64,000 bases of DNA, from NCBI GenBank assembly GCA_951406725.2, contig OX597815.1:143654001-143718000 (forward strand), given 5' to 3'. The stretch's first letter is position 1. Every line of letters starts with the position of its first letter. The notes below the pieces were generated by a model, which did no database searches, was not told where the DNA came from, and worked only from the letters and a program-made list of their open reading frames with translations. This stretch comes from Octopus vulgaris. Its lineage: Eukaryota. A program made the translations under genes and the position numbers. Shown here piece by piece: positions 25,939 to 40,602 of the stretch.

Positions 25939-27837
25939 GGTGCATTGTGTGTATGTGTGTGTGTGTATATGCATGTATGTATCAATATTATCAAAAATTC
26001 CCGAGTATAATTTTAAATTGCATCCCATAGTGGGGCTCTGGTTTAGAAGTTCCAGGGTTTTGAAGAGCGAGGAACTACTTCATAGCCGCTATTGTTCCCA
26101 GGTCCACTCTGACCCAGAAAAGTAGCACCTGTCAGGATCCAAGCTATGGGCTAACTTGCATATGAGCACCCGGATACAGAAATGCTCAAGTTGGTGTCCA
26201 AGGGTACAGTCATCTTGCTGGGAATGACAGACACCTGGTCTTTGTTAAGGCATCTCCCTAGGAGAAGGCTAAGTCATATACAAAACCCGTTGCTCTACTA
26301 AGCCGGATATCTTGCACTTTGCTTGTCTATGGGCTTCTTGGTATTATTAGTGAGAGTCATTGTAGTATTGTACAGGTATAGCTGACACTTACCTCTCAGC
26401 ATTGGTCATGCTTGTCTAACGAGTCGGCAGCCATCATCAACAGTAACTGGAATTTGTAATCTCTACTATACAAACAACAACTTTTACAGAATTCCCCTCC
26501 ATTGATGAACACAGATGATTGCAGTGTGAGAAAAATAGTGTGGAATCTAGCTATAATTTACAATATTCAGGTATCACGCATGACGGATCTCATATCAGGT
26601 TTGATAATGATTGTTCCACTTGTTCTGTCGAGTGAAAAACCTGTTCATTGAATTATATAGCCTAAGTGGCTGTGTATTCCACAGACACATGTACCTTGAA
26701 CATAATCTTGAATCATAATCAGCAGGACAGTGGCTGGTTGACTTACAAGTATAATCCATCTTGTTTTATAGCATATATCCTTAATCAAGTCCTTAACCAG
26801 AATCAGTGAAATAGTATAGGACTAGACTGGCCCTTAAATTAGATGTACAGCCCATCTTATGAACATTCCAGATGTTTCACTTCATTATATAGATACACAC
26901 ACACATTATATACATAGTTAATTGAAAATTAATATTTTTCTTGCAACTCAAGTTTCATGCTACCTCAATCTTCATGCAGGAACATGTATATACCATCATC
27001 ATTATTATTCTAACATCCACTTTTCCCTGCTTGCATAAGTCAGAATTTGTTGAAACAGATTTTCTAGAGTCACATGGCTTACCTGTTGCCAACCGACATT
27101 TGTTTCCAAGTAAGGTAATATTTCCCCCTGGGCCGATATTTTTTTCTCACAAAATTATAAAGAAAAGATACTGCTTGCATGACGGCAATGATTGCTTACA
27201 ACTCTGGCTGCTGTGCTGGTGGCACATAAAAAGCACCCACTACACTCTCAGAGTGGTTGGCATTAAGAAGGACATACAGCTGTAGAAAAATTACCAGATC
27301 AGATTGGAGCCTGGTGCAGCTGCTGACTCTCCAGACCTCAGTCAAACTGTCCAACCAATGCCAGCATGGAAAATGGACGTTAAACGATGATAATGATGAT
27401 AATTGCTCAATGTCAAGGCAAGGAGACACAAACATGCATACACCCCTCCAAAACACGCACATTTACACACATATGCATATACATACACACTCACATCTTT
27501 CGGTTTCCATCTATTAAATCTACTAACAAGGTTTTGCTAAGCCTGACACAATAGTAGAAGACACTTGTCCAAGATACCACACAGTGGAACCAAACCTGAA
27601 ACCATGGAGTTGGGCAGTAAACATCTTAACACAAAGCCATGGCTATGCTTAGGCTAAGTCTCATATGTGTATGCACACATGTGTGTGTGTGTGTTCGTGT
27701 GTATACATCTGTGTATCTGAGTGTACATATTTTATGTAGCCATTAAAATTGCAAGTTGCATATGCTTATCTGTGTTTGCAAAGTAAGTGATGATGTATAA
27801 ATGTTCATGAAAAAGCATACACGCACACACATATATA

Positions 27838-27886
<49 letters not shown>

Positions 27887-28449
27887 CACACACATATACA
27901 TACACATAATAAACCAAAATAAGAAAAGGGAAGAATTTCACTAATTTGGAGATTCTGTGAATTTTGCGTCATGGAAACAAAAATGCCAGGATTGCTGTCA
28001 TTTGTTAATCTAAATCTGAGGCTTAAGAAAAATGGATTAAGTGGTTGACAGGAAAGAATACAATAGAAATAAATACAGAGAAATGGTAATATTCCATCAT
28101 CACCTCAGAGTTGATCTATGGTTAGATATATGTATTAGACATTCAATGATCAGCAGACATAAGTGCATGCGTGTAGCGTGCAATATCATGTGTGCATGAC
28201 ATGTATAGATATACACACATACATGTATGTATGTTGTGTATTGATTAGTATGTATGTGAATGTCGTGTGTATGAAAGAGATAAGAGAGAGATGGAGAGAC
28301 AAAAATAATTAGAAAAAGAAATTTATAGAAACAGATACAGAAAGAGAGAGAGAGAGAGAGAGAGGCAGAAAAGTAGACAAAAATACATAATACCTAGATG
28401 CATACACAAACATGCACACATACATACATACATAGACATATACATGCAT

Positions 28450-28835
28450 ACATCAGCAGCAGCTGTCCAAAGATGTCCAAAAGGTAATACTTTTCCTTGA
28501 GACATGGCATTGTTGCCAAAACTAAATATGATGTTATCTGCAAGAAGGATTCTCCTGGCACTCACACAGAAAGCAGAACAGAAATAAGATTGTATCCATA
28601 CTGTTAAAAATAAGGAATACTACAAGAACATTCCAATAAAAATAACACGCCAAGGCAAACACAACAGACATGATCTTGTTCTTCGGGACAGGGAACGAAA
28701 ATCATGCATTGTTGATAAGGTCACTTGTCCAGCAGATGTGAATGTCTCACTTAAAAATCTTAGCAAAAGAGAATATCTAGGGGAAACTAAGCAGAAAATA
28801 CATCTCATGTCTTGTTTATAGATTTCTTTTGTACC
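28450..28835 (+). pseudogene. Degenerate fragment of an RLE-encoding non-LTR retrotransposon (R4/Hero/NeSL-like)
   Basis: Hand translation gives ISSSCPKMSKR*YFSLRHGIVAKT (end of CCHC knuckle plus RHD-like motif) and, after a frameshift, KEYYKNIPIKITRQGKHNRHDLVLRDRERKSCIVDKVTCPADVNV (PD..E-type endonuclease region). Confidence 0.7.
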
Positions 28836-29586
28836 TTTTAGGCACAGGCGCTGCCAAGTGGTTAAGGAGTTCACTTTGCAGTCATGTGGTTTCAGGTTCA
28901 ACCACACAGTGTGGCATCTTGCGTGTCTTCTACTGTGACAGGATTCCATCAACCAATTTTATTCACAAGAAATTAGTTGACCTGGGGCTATTGTAGAAGA
29001 CACATATCTAAGATGAAGATACCTGCTTATTGTAGAAGACACCTGTCTTGTTAGTAAATTTGGTATACAGAAACTGCATGGAAGTCTATCATGTGTGTGT
29101 GTGTGAGCGAGAGAGTCTGTGCATGTGTGTGTATGTTTTTGTGTCTGTTTTTGTCATCTCATCACTGCTCGTTTAAGTCTCCATAATTTAATTTCTCAAT
29201 AAAAGGAGGCCAATAGAAAATATACCAGACTTTCAGAAAAAAAAGCCCTTATGGGCCCCATCATGGTTGCCATCCAATAACTGTAACAAGCAAATGATAA
29301 AATATAATTATAGATGCACTGGGCAATATAAGATATTTGTATTAATATCTACAAATGCTGTGGTTTTTCCAAGAGAGGACAAAGTAAACTGGCTGGTATC
29401 CTCCAAATCCAATCAAGTGGTACAGTGAAGATTTGTAAAACATTCCAAAGATTCTCTGTCAGACTGGAATTAGTATATACACATAAACATGAGTGCATAT
29501 TCCATAGTCACACAGACGTAAAACTAATAGCACTCTGTACTTAAGAGACATGGAGCTATGCATATCCATAACATAAGTGATATATT

Positions 29587-29617
<31 letters not shown>

Positions 29618-29961
29618 ACATATATATATTGACATACTCCACATACACTAACTCCCTCACATATTTACAAATACCTGGAACTGTCTTGACTTGAATAAAG
29701 ATATCTTGTCACTTTCTTAGTCACTGACATGAATTCTTAGAATGAGCATAAATCTCTGAGAATATTCAAAGATACGTAAATACATGCATACATACATATC
29801 AGCATACACACACACTAGAGAGAAATACTCTGAGTATCTTTACTGTATAGACAGGTATAGACAGTCTTTACAGAAAGACATAGTGTATATTTAAACAGAT
29901 ATTGCATGTAGATGTTGATTGTGTTGATACTCGCAGTGTATAAATGTTGATTATATAGCTA

Positions 29962-30187
29962 AGCGGCGAGCTGGCAGAAACATTAGCACGCTGGGCGAAA
30001 TGCGTAGCCGTATTTCGTCTGCTGTTACGTTCTGAGTTCAAATTCCGCCAAGGTCGACTTTGCCTTTCATCCTTTCGGAGTCAATAAATTAAGTACAAGT
30101 TACGCACTGGGGTCGATATAATCGACTTAATACTTTGTCCTTGTTTGTCCCCTCTATGTTTAGCCCCTTGTGGGTAATAAAGAAATA
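29962..30187 (+). mobile_element. SINE family A with TSD
   Basis: Family A consensus; flanked by duplicated TATATAGCTAAGC. Confidence 0.85.
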
Positions 30188-30568
30188 TATATAGCTAAGC
30201 ACAGTGTGTAGAAGTTCAGTGGATAGTGAGACATTGTATGTAGATGTTGACTATACAGTGAGTAGATGTCGACTGGATAAACATACTGTGTGTAGATGTT
30301 GACTGGATAGAAAGATATAATGTACAGATGTTAACTATATAGACACAGTGTGCAGCTGTTGACTATGGGACTTTCTGGATGGCATATCAACAAAAAGTTA
30401 CCTTCAACTTTTTGTTGTTGTACAGCTTACCTGGTGATGACCCATGTCTCATGCAGCCCACATTTAGAAAAGGTTGTCCATGCCTAGTGTAGTTATTGAG
30501 TGGATAGTTAGAGACAGTGTGTAAGTGTTGTCCACTGCATATACAAAGTAAATACTGACTATGTAGAT

Positions 30569-30869
30569 CAGGGGTTTCCAGCTGGGGTCCACAGAAGCTT
30601 TAATGGGATTCATGAATAAAAAATTGTAATTTGTGGGTCCTATATATACATTTTGTTTACTAGGAGAGAATACCTGTATTTATTGAAATTTTCAAGATTT
30701 GTATTTGGAATTTATGTTATGAATATAACAAAATTGTTTTTTTGTTAGTTTTTACTCACCTACAAACAAATATTTTATTTCATAAATTTAAATGTGCATA
30801 TATGGGATCCACAGATGATAAGATAGCTCTCAGTAGGGTCCACAAGCAAAGTAAGGTTGGGAACCCCTG
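30569..30869. mobile_element. hAT MITE
   Basis: TIRs CAGGGGTTTCCAGCT / GGTTGGGAACCCCTG; exact 8-bp TSD ATGTAGAT at 30561-30568 and 30870-30877. Confidence 0.9.
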
Positions 30870-33149
30870 ATGTAGATAGTCATTATGGAGATGTTGACTG
30901 TATAGAAAGAGTGTGTAAACTGGATAGACAAGGACAGTGTGTAGATTTTAACTATATAGATAGATACAAAGTGTAGGTAATGACTGGTTAGATAGCGATA
31001 GTGTATAAATATTAACTATGTAGATAGATGCACCATGTAGACAGCGACTGAATACAGACAGTGTGTAGATGTCGACTATATGAATAGACACATGTAGAAG
31101 CTGACTGGATACAGTGTGTAGATCCTGGCTATGTAGATAGACTCAGCATGCGGAAGCTGGCTGGACACAGACAGTATGTAGATGTTGACTATATAGATTG
31201 ACACGGCATGTAGAAGCTGGCTGGACAGAGAGAGAGAGAGAGACAGTGTGTAAATTTTAACTATATAAATGGATACAGCATACAGATGCCGACTAGATAG
31301 ACAGAGTCTGAGTAGATGTTGACTATATAGATATGGCCTGCAGATACTGACTGGGTAGATAGAAACAGTGTGTAGATGTTGACAGAGGTTACACGAACTT
31401 TAACATGACCCAGATTCAATTCCGTGAAATCCATCATATCAAACAACACCTTTATATTATTATTGTCTCACCGCACTGACGTTAGGTATATTCAATATTT
31501 GAAGAACAGTTGCCAGCGGATTTTTACGTAGTTTATACGTCAATATTGGTTCGTTATTCAACCTTCGTTGATTCTGTGTCTTGTAGCTTCTGTTATTATT
31601 GTTATTATCATCATTGATATTATTACAGCAATAAAGTAGCAGACCTGACAGTATTTCTCACTAAATGACTTGAATGAAATCTATCATTACCTTGTTTGAA
31701 AGGAGTTCCTGTTTCTTCACTCCACAATCAATAAAATAAGTATTAATAAAATAATTTACAGGTGTTAAGTTCGTCAACTACACTAGTTCCCCCCCCCCAT
31801 TTCACACAAAAATAAAACTTGTGACCCTTCCATCCCTGTACTAATACTTAATCACGATGGGGCTACCATAATGTTGACACAGTTATGTCTGCTACTGGCC
31901 TTCATAGTTTCCCGTTCGATGTCTCTTCTATGAATCTAAACCTATGAGCCTATTAGTTGTCAATTGTCTTTTACGATTACTCTGTGTCGTCTGTTATTCT
32001 CATTCTATCATACTTTCACTCATTTCGTTCCAAAACAATTCAATGTTTCCTAAGGACAGCTCTCTCTCTCTCTCTGACGTTACGTTCTGAGTTCAAATTC
32101 TGCCGAGGTCGACTTTGCCTTTCATCCTTTCGGAGTCGATAAATTTAAGTACCAGTTGCGTCTAAAATTTCCAAAAATTTTGGGCCTTGTGCCTAAAGTA
32201 GAAAAGTTTTAAAGTCCGGAGTTCAAATCCAATATATGAATTTCGTTAGAATACGAGACTTCTTCAATATTCCTCACTTCACCTAATTACCTCATATCTG
32301 TTTTATGTCAGCTGTCACAACTACTTTACTTTACACAGTTAAAAGGGCCCTTTTGGACTTAAGTGGGTTTCATTATCGTTTTTCTCTGGTTTATATTTTC
32401 TGTAATCCTACACTGAATCGTCGTGTATCGTCCTGTACACTCCTTTAGTTCTAATCCTACCAAAGTCAACTTTATCTTTCTTCCTTTCGGAGTCGATTAA
32501 ATTAGAGTACCAGTTAAGTATTAGAATTGATGTAATCGACTTGAACCCTCCCTTCCGAATTGCGAATATAATTTTATGCTGAGTTCAAATCCCACCGACG
32601 TCAATTTTACCATTCATCGTTCCAAGCTCGATAAAAGAAACTACTAGACACATACTGGATTGGTATAATCGACTAGACCGTCCTTCAAAATTTGTGACCT
32701 TGTGTTTGTGTTAGAAAACATTACTAACAACAGTTAGGCGAGGCCACTTGCCCTTGGTGGTCAGTGTTACCTTGGATGTGTGAGGTTCCCTGATTGATCC
32801 TAGTTGGATCATCCATATATTTAGTGTTTGTATACTATGTATATGCTTTATTCATTTCCCGTTTCTTCTTCTTACTCCCGCTTCTCATGCCCGTCGCTAA
32901 GGGGATGCACTGGACGGCACTTACCCCCTCACTATTCAACTGTACACCCTCAAATTTAGAAAATACAGTTAACAAAAATTAGTGCCCTGCCAGAATATTC
33001 TGAAACACACCCTGACACCAAAGTCTGGCGACGGACATGCCTCTCCTCGTTTCATTTTAAGTAACCCACCACCATCATGCTGTGTACAACTTGTCTGTGA
33101 GGTTTCCTTCATCCGACGCACCTATCACAAGTAAAAGAAATCTTTATTC

Positions 33150-33465
33150 AAAAAGTTTGAAGACAGACACCTTCCTCTGCAGTGAAACCGTCAACTTTTT
33201 CATCAACGAGTACCATTTGTAAAAGGAGGTGAAGATGAGAGGGAAGTGCTGGCTCTCATTCAGTGAATTTGCCAAAAGGTGGGTGACTGTGGCGAAAATG
33301 GCTAGAGTGGATGGAACTACTTTAAACATGCCCCTGTTGATCGGAGAACAACAGCTGGGGGAGGACTTGTACCCCCAGTGGTCAGGGTGATCTTGTATCT
33401 GTGCGGTTTTTATTAGCCCTTGTTAGAAGTCTTCTTGTATCAGGGAAACTGTATCATCCATGAAT
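33150..33465 (+). mobile_element. Probable L1/Tx1-clade LINE 3' fragment
   Basis: Degenerate translation KTDTFL...NFFINEYHL*KEVKMR...SEFAKRWVTVAKMARVDG resembles Tx1-type ORF2 C-termini; recognised from memory only. Confidence 0.4.
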
Positions 33466-33472
33466 TAAATAT

Positions 33473-33882
33473 TACTCTTACTCTTTTACTCGTTTCAGTC
33501 ATTTGACTGCGGCCATGCTGGAGCACCGCCTTTAGTCGAGCAACTTGATCCCGGGACTTATTCTTTTTGTAAGTCCAGTACTTATTCTATCGGTCTCTTT
33601 TTGCCGAACCGCTAAGTGACGGGGACGTAAACACACCAGCATCAGTTGTCAAGCAATGCTAGGGGAACAAACACAGACACACAAACACACACACATACAT
33701 ATATATATATACATATATACGACAGGCTTCTTTCAGTTTCCGTCTACCAAATCCACTCACAAGGCATTGGTCGGCCCGGGGCTATAGCAGAAGACACTTG
33801 CCCAAGATGCCACGCAGTGGGACTGAACCCGGAACCATGTGGTTGGTTAGCAAGCTACTTACCACACAGCCACTCCTGCGCC
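33473..33882 (-). mobile_element. SINE family B, young CpG-intact copy
   Basis: Full-length match with CpGs retained. Confidence 0.9.
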
Positions 33883-34182
33883 TTTGTGCAAACTTTTCAT
33901 CTAATTTCTCCCCCACGTTTTTTTCTTCACTCGATTTTACATAAACCACACCACACAAACTGCAACCCAGCTTTGTAATGTTTCCTTCATCCGACGCCCT
34001 TGTGGCAAAGAAATTATCACCCTCGTCGTTGTTATCCTTGATGTAATGCCTTGAAGAGTAGACAGAAGCAATGGTATTCATGCACTTCTCATCCTCAACA
34101 ATGAAGCGAAAGTGCTTAGAACTCGGAATCTAAAACAGGACAGCAGAAATAACAAGCGCGCATGTGATGTATATGCGTATAT

Positions 34183-34220
<38 letters not shown>

Positions 34221-35989
34221 GCTTAGATGACATACATACAACTCTATGGTGACTGGCACCAAACAAAGAACAATAGCTTCAATTCATTTCAATAGAATGT
34301 CCTAAAATGAACCAAGAAGTTGAGAGCGAAATTATATATTGTATACACACTTCACTCTTAGTAATCCTTTAAACGTCACGCCAAAGTGGTAGGAAAGATG
34401 CGCGCACGCGCGCACACACACACATATACACACACACACAAATACATTCATACACATATACATACACTCATAAATACAATTTGATACAATATGGCTTGAA
34501 AAGATCATTTTAAAACCCTTATCCAATCTTTTGTTTGGCCTTGAAAAGGATAGCACACACACGTTACATACATACAAAGATATGTATGAACACACACATA
34601 CACACACTGAGACACGAGAGAGAGAGAGAGAGAGAGAGAGAGTAAGTAGGGCGTACCAAGTAGTACTACTTCTAAAAGAGTGCTCAATACGTTTAATGAA
34701 CTTTACATATACATACATACATACATATACATACGTATGTGTGTGTGTGTGTATGTGTGTGTGTATGTATGTATGTATGTATGTATGTATGTTATGTATG
34801 TATGTATGTATGCATGCATGTATGTTTGTATGTATATGTGATTTGTTTTTATGCATATAATATTTGTATATAAATGTGCACTACACGTGTATGTATAGTT
34901 GACGGTGTGTAGGTACACAAGTGATGAACCAGATTTCGTTGCTGCCCTTTAACTCCAACTATAATTGAACAGATCTATGATCAAAGATATTCCGACCGTG
35001 ATCCTCCTGTTTTTTTTTTCGTGCACGAAATCCCGAACCACATTATCAAACAAGTTGTTTCTAGGACGATAGGGTATGTTTTGAGGGAGGTTTGGTTACT
35101 AATTCGAGCAGGTCGAACGAATCTCCTTCGATGGTTCTTATAAAAAAAAAGTCTCATGAGACTTGTTAGCTAGACCTTGCTTCAAACACGTCCCAAGGAT
35201 GAGGTGTGATTACTCCACATGGATAGGTCGTGATGCTCTCTGGGTGAACCTAGACAACATAGGTTAAAAGTTTTACTCCAGCACATTTGAAACACACTAT
35301 TTGTGGTGCTAGTGTTGGTTATCTCGTCGAAGCTCAGGCCCCAACAGACACGCCTATTGTTAAAAACGTTCCAACTATGACCATCTCATCTTTTCTTCAA
35401 CAAATATTGTATCTAGGCCTATATCATCCTTTCTCTTGAGACGTGTGTGTAAGCGCAGACGTGGCTGTTGTGGTAAGAAGCTTGCTTCCCAACCACATGG
35501 TTCCGAGTTTAGTACCACTGCGTGGTGTCTTGGTCAAGTGTCTTCTCCAACCAATTCATTCGCACGTTACAAATATAATTTGTAAGCGGAACAGTAATAC
35601 TATGCAAGACTTTTCTCAGGTTTGAAATGTGACATTGTTTTCATTATCTACATTCATTTTGCAGTATTTACTTTCGTACCTTTACGATCTGAGCACAATT
35701 CTTTCCAGAGTCACAACAATAAGTGCCTGGAATATACGTGTTCTATTCAGTTATATAGTCACGTGTCAAAGAAATTCATGCAAATTTCTACCCCTCCCGA
35801 CAACTCCCATCCTTCTCTTGTCATCGCCAATACACAAAATATACAAACACACGCACATACACAAACAAACGCACAAATATTGATCGATCGACAGACAGAC
35901 AGACAGACAGATAGATAGACAGACAGATAGATATTCTTCTTTGAAAGACTACTTTCATACATCGTACTCAAAACAATATCTCTGTATAT

Positions 35990-36060
35990 CATCTATCTAT
36001 CTATCTATCTATCCATCTATCTCTCTCTCTCTATATATATATATACATACATATATATAC

Positions 36061-36091
<31 letters not shown>

Positions 36092-36328
36092 CATATACAT
36101 ACATACATATACATACATACATATATATATATATATACACATATATATATACACATATATATATACACATATATATATATACATATATATATACACATAT
36201 ATATATATATACATATATATATATACATATATATATGTATACATATATATATGTATACATATATATATATATATATACATATATATACATATATATATAT
36301 ACACATATATATATACACATATATATAT

Positions 36329-36372
<44 letters not shown>
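35990..36372. repeat. (TA/CA)n compound microsatellite (representative of dozens in the window)
   Basis: About 380 bp of TATATACA-type repeats. Confidence 0.95.
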
Positions 36373-36376
<4 letters not shown>

Positions 36377-36894
36377 CATTTCATTTAAAATGAAATTTCG
36401 CTTGTTTCTAAATACATTTTCTAGAAGAAGAAAAAAAAAGTCTGATTTCGTTGTTGGTCATTCCGGGTCGCCGACGAAGTAAGTGAAGCGAATATTGTCA
36501 GGCTGAAAGAGTCCCAGATTCTCCTCTGTACACAAGAAGATGATGACTCAAATATCAAAAGATACATACGTCAGCCGCAATACATTAAATACGGCAGCAT
36601 ATGTAATCTTGAGATGGGAGCTAAAGATGCTGAAAGCTTAATCCCTGGAGACAATTATGTGTATGTGTATGTGTGTACGTATGTCGGGTGCATGCGTGTG
36701 TGTGTGTGTGTGTGTGAGTGTATATCATTACCCGTTTGGCGGTGGAATGCCAGTGTGTAATGAATATAAGGCGGAATGGTTTGCAGCAAACATCTCTCAT
36801 ATACCTTAATCAGAAATCGGTATTTGGATCCAATGTCAAGACGACCTGAGATCATTGAGTACCAGCGTGGCTTCTTTTATACTGTGTTGTTGTA

Positions 36895-36932
<38 letters not shown>

Positions 36933-36950
36933 CAAACATACTTATATATG

Positions 36951-36990
<40 letters not shown>

Positions 36991-37047
36991 CACACACACA
37001 CACATATATATATGCATACAGCATATATAAGCACATATATATATATA

Positions 37048-37083
<36 letters not shown>

Positions 37084-37181
37084 CATATACTCTGTGTGTG
37101 TGTGTGTGTGCGTAAAAAGTACTTATATATGTTGTACCCAATGTTATATAACCAAATGTATGTGATTATATACGTGACCGT

Positions 37182-37555
37182 ATTTACACAACTCTGAATG
37201 AATGGTAAGGCGGTGGTATTGTTTTCAGTTGTGTTTGTTAGTTTGTCCGTGGACAAGATATCTCAAGAACTGCTGGATATATTCGGATGAAACTTTCAGG
37301 GATGTTTGGCCTTGTGACTGGCACTAACTGATTCGATTTCGGAATTGATCCGGTATCGGACAAGGATTCTGGATTAATTTTCCTGTCTTTTACTTAATTT
37401 TTGAGAGCGGTCGGGTTCATTTTTAGTATCCTCGTTTATGAGAGCAGTTGAGTTTATTTCAGATATTCTCATTTTAAAAATTATCTCTGGCTAATCGTTG
37501 AGAGGACGTTGGTGTTGCCTTAGCGGAGGTTTACGCTCTCTGAGTGCTCTTGTTA
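37182..37555 (+). mobile_element. Helentron/Helitron2-associated non-autonomous element (HINE-like)
   Basis: GGTATTGTTTTCAG...GTTTGT...GATATCTCAAGAACTGCTGG...GATGAAACTTTCAGG body and a 3' end GCGGAGGTTTACGCTCTCTGAGTGCTCTTGTT typical of this widespread family. Confidence 0.6.
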
Positions 37556-38569
37556 TTGTTGTTGTTGTTGTTATCATTATTGTAAATACAGAGAGGGAAT
37601 TATACCAGACAGAAGAAAGACGAAACACAATGAGAGAGAGACAGACAGACAGACAGAGAAAGAGACAGACTGATAAATGATGTCCACATTGTGAATTTTT
37701 AATATCGCACACCAACTATTACACAGTGTCTGTAAGAAGAACGAGAATCTAAATTACATTGCTATGTCAAAAAAAAAAAAAATGGTGGCGATTGGAGGGC
37801 TGCAGACGATTACTGAAATCCATCAACGTGGTTGATCTTAGTAACATTTGTGTGGGCTGATTGATGAGATTGTGGGCTGAGATTGAACTAGATTTATCTG
37901 GGTGCTATTATAAACAGTTAGATGGACTGATTGGTGGACTATGGTCAGAGAATGAACTACATTGATCTCGTATTGATCTGGTAGTTATTACTGACATCTA
38001 CAAAAATTGATTGGTGGACTGTGATCTGAGATCGAACCACATTGATTGGATACCTATTCTTACCAGTTATATGGGACTGTAGTCTAAGATTCGTCTAGAT
38101 TGATCTTATACTTATTCTTGGCAACAGGTCTCAGAGAGAATCCAGAAAGCAATATGGAAGATATGATTTTGGACATGAAACAAAATGAAACATCCTTCTG
38201 TGGGTCCGAACGCATAAACCATAGGATGGTAGCCCCAAAACTACTCAACCATTACATGTGTGCGTGTGTGCGTGCGAGTACACTCTTGCACGCATGCATA
38301 CACACACGCCTATACAGTATAAACAAACAGAAATGGAAGAGGCAGGAGTATGACGCACGTTAAAATCAAGCCTTAAATGTGTGTGTGTGTGCATGTGTGT
38401 GTGCGTGTGTGTGTGTGTATGAGAGAGAGAGAGAGAGAGAGAGAGATGTACACTGGTAGTATGATATTGCCGGATTACATTCAACTAATCCGATTTAATT
38501 AATCACATAAGGATCATTTGGTGACTTTATCCAGTAATTAGCTTACAATTTGCTCTCAATCAAACAGCA

Positions 38570-38607
<38 letters not shown>

Positions 38608-39170
38608 TGTATAAAAGCATCTATGTATGTATAAAAGCATGTATGTATTCAGCAATTGATGATGATGATGATGATTGTGATGACGACGACGACGATAAAG
38701 AAGGCAGAAGAAGAGGAAATTATCAAAAAGTTTCCAAACAGTTTACTTCCACTGGTACATCACTTGTACCACCACCACCGCCGCCACCAGCAACACAGTA
38801 CGACATATAATAAATATGTACCGTGGGAGACACTGGTGGGATCTTTTGAGTCACCCCCATAAATTAAAGCTTCAGAGGAGGTACTACACACACACACATC
38901 TATACACGCCTTCATATACATAAGAAAGGTCGTTAGCTAAACTGAGATGTTCACACACGCTCTATACTGTATTTACATAACCAACATTTTGGAGACGAAG
39001 ATTCTCAAACTATCGCATGAAGACGTACGTACATACATACATAAACACACATATACACAACATTCACAACATCAATACACATACATATGTGCATAAATTT
39101 ATACATAATTTCACACACACACACACACACACATACATACAATTTTATGTATATGTGTGTATATATACAG

Positions 39171-39202
<32 letters not shown>

Positions 39203-39217
39203 GTATATATATATAAA

Positions 39218-39447
39218 AGGCGACAAGCTGGCAGAATCGTTAGCACGCTGGGCGAAATGCTTTGCGGTATTTCGTCCGCTGCTGCGTTCTGAGTTCTAAT
39301 TCCGCCGAAGTCGACTTTGCCTTTCATCCTTTCGGGGTCGATAAATTAAGTACCAGTTACACACTGGGGTCGTTGTAATCGACTTAATTCGTTTGTCTAT
39401 CTTTGTTTGTCCACTCTATGTTTAGCCCCTTGTGGGTAATAAGAAAA
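39218..39447 (+). mobile_element. SINE family A
   Basis: Family A consensus, CpG intact. Confidence 0.85.
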
Positions 39448-39543
39448 CACACACACACACACACATTATATATATATATATATATATATACAATTACGTA
39501 ATATAATTATGCGAATAAACAAATAAAACTGCTTGTATACAAT

Positions 39544-39596
<53 letters not shown>

Positions 39597-39767
39597 TGAA
39601 AAATCCCACAAACTATTGTTCCGAGTTTCACGCTTTTGATCATCAGGCGGAAACTCAGAGAAACGGGTTTAAAAAGTTTTACAGCTTCAGTAAAACTTAA
39701 TAATTGACCCTACATTTTGCAACGAGTACTATTTCTTTTCTCATGCCTTTGCACTTTTCTGCTCTCT

Positions 39768-39799
<32 letters not shown>

Positions 39800-40565
39800 T
39801 ATTCAGTACTATATGTTCATGGTCGCGTGTCGGATGACTAATCAAGCCCTCCACTGGGATTTTCCAATAAGGAGAGTATGTGGGCAAAAGCGGATGTGCA
39901 ACGTTGAAAGCCAATGGATTACTAAGTCCAGTAAAACACAAGAATGGAAGATAAACCGATATTTAAATGCATGCTAGATCGGTCCGGGTCCGTGTGATAA
40001 AGGAAGCTCAAAACGGAGAATGGAGGAAAAGATTGGTTTTAAAAAATACAAACGACGAAACGGCAAAACTTGTAAGACAGCGGCTTCACTCAACATGTGT
40101 GTGTGTACACACGTAGAGCTATGTATGTATGTATGTATGTATGTATGTATGTATGTATGTATGTATGTACGTATGTATACATATATGTGTATATACACAC
40201 ATTCATATGAATCTCCACCGGTTTCTTCGAAGACGATTCTGTCATTCGATCAGCAAAATTACTTAGTAAATTAACGTGAAAATGGCTGAGTATTCCATAG
40301 ATATGCGTGCCTTTAACGTAATAACAGTGAGAATCAACGTGCTACGGTGTATGAACAAGCTGTTATCTTTCGTTTACAAGTGCAATCCATCACACAGGTT
40401 TCCACACAGTTTCCGTCAACCCAGTTTTATTCAGAATGAATCGGTCGACTTGATGCTATAGAAAATTACATTTGCACAACATACCATGCAGTGGGATCGA
40501 ACCCGGAACCTCATTGTTATGAAGCGAATTCCTAAACCATTTGACCGTACAACAGATAGCTACAT

Positions 40566-40602
<37 letters not shown>

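Larger units (their letters stand above)
29840..31385. repeat. Degenerate minisatellite (about 25-30 bp unit, GTGTAGATGTTGACT(ATA/GGA)TAGACACA-like)
   Basis: Dozens of diverged units, interrupted by a SINE A and a hAT MITE. Confidence 0.8.

Noticed and set aside
29840-31385. Repeat-spacer-like pattern reminiscent of CRISPR
   Set aside because: The units are degenerate and contiguous with no unique spacers or cas genes, and the context is eukaryotic.
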